Source: a virus
Length of the DNA stretch: 64,000 bases
Strand: one strand, 5' to 3'
IMG/VR virus record: IMGVR_UViG_3300042375_000684
Under the pieces are notes generated by a model that made no database searches, was not told where the DNA came from, and worked only from the letters and a program-made list of their open reading frames with translations. Numbering within the stretch: position 1 is the first letter of the stretch; the number at the start of each line of letters is the position of its first letter. A program made the position numbers and the translations under genes. Positions 63,430 through 64,000 of the stretch are shown piece after piece.

Positions 63430-63679
63430 GTCTTGCTACTTCTTTCACAACTTCAATAAAATTATCCCATGTTAATTCTTCTCTGGTTATATTAATTTTC
63501 CTACCCTTATGAGAATCATTGGGCTCCAGTGTCACCCAAAAACAATCTATATCATTTTGTGACAAATGTAAAGGGAAAAATCCAAGTTCTCGAACCTTTG
63601 TTCTAAGATCTTCTAGAATATCTTCTCTTCGTCCAAAGTGACCTGGATCAAAACTTTCAATTGTCTGCTTTAGATTCAT
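63416..63679 (-). CDS. Hypothetical protein
   Basis: Start reassigned to MNLKQTIE. Confidence 0.55.
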   Translation of the reverse strand: MNLKQTIESFDPGHFGRREDILEDLRTKVRELGFFPLHLSQNDIDCFWVTLEPNDSHKGRKINITREELTWDNFIEVVKEVARHEKR

Positions 63680-63905
63680 CTTTTGATTTCCAGTTAAGTT
63701 TAAACAACTTTGCAAGCATCCATGCACTTCCGATAATAATAATAGCAGGGACTGTAATGAACCAAAGCATAGCAAACATAAACACCATGAAAAGTCCAAG
63801 TATTGTATCTTCAGTTAATGGATATTTCTTTTTATTTTGGTGGACAAATACAAAAATACTTCCGACAAGCATTGTAAGTGCAAACATAATAGCATAGATA
63901 CTCAT
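63657..63905 (-). CDS. Membrane protein
   Basis: Two TM segments. Confidence 0.6.
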   Translation of the reverse strand: MSIYAIMFALTMLVGSIFVFVHQNKKKYPLTEDTILGLFMVFMFAMLWFITVPAIIIIGSAWMLAKLFKLNWKSKDESKADN

Positions 63906-64000
63906 TACAAATCTCCTTTTAGAATACGGGCTAGATTCATGGTAGATACGATACCTCGCATCACTTGTTTGTAAAATTCACGATGATCTGGATCAGTTTC

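Noticed and set aside
1-64000. tRNA genes, group I introns and inteins
   Set aside because: I saw no T-loop/CCA cloverleaf signatures, and the conserved genes (gp17, gp20, gp23, ligase, phoH) have normal uninterrupted lengths. A tRNAscan-SE/Infernal run would be needed to exclude them formally.

Overview
This window is 64 kb of a T4-superfamily (myovirus-like) phage genome. The host is probably an alphaproteobacterium, inferred from a GapR homologue. Bases 1-15058 (+ strand) are the late morphogenesis block: gp14 (partial), an inserted 450-aa structural protein, gp15, gp16, an extra ATPase-only terminase paralogue, gp17, gp18, gp19, gp20, a 709-aa repeat-rich core protein, gp21, gp22 and gp23. 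T4-type late promoters ((T/A)ATAAATA) drive this block and a double hairpin terminator closes it. Bases 15131-64000 are almost entirely minus-strand accessory and early genes. They cover nucleotide and NAD metabolism (guaC, dNMP kinase, HAD nucleotidases, NAMPT, NMNAT-Nudix), DNA enzymes (ligase, RNase H, Dda/RecD helicase, RuvC-like resolvase, PD-(D/E)XK exonuclease), RNA repair (two RNA ligases, Thg1-like), an Acb1/57B-like 2H phosphoesterase, PhoH, PAAR and many small ORFs. About 16 near-identical ~45-bp sigma70-type promoter cassettes punctuate this region. The most notable observation is a two-hairpin RNA leader (loops AGAGA and GGAGU, covarying stems, SD in the second loop) that precedes NAMPT, NMNAT-Nudix and an uncharacterised 2OG-Fe(II)-like gene, which suggests a phage NAD regulon under RNA-level control. 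Other notable items are a stand-alone terminase ATPase paralogue, T4-style translational control hairpins on the resolvase and PAAR genes, and an orphan antisense consensus promoter. I saw no tRNA genes, CRISPR arrays or introns. All protein family calls come from motif recognition by eye, not from database searches.
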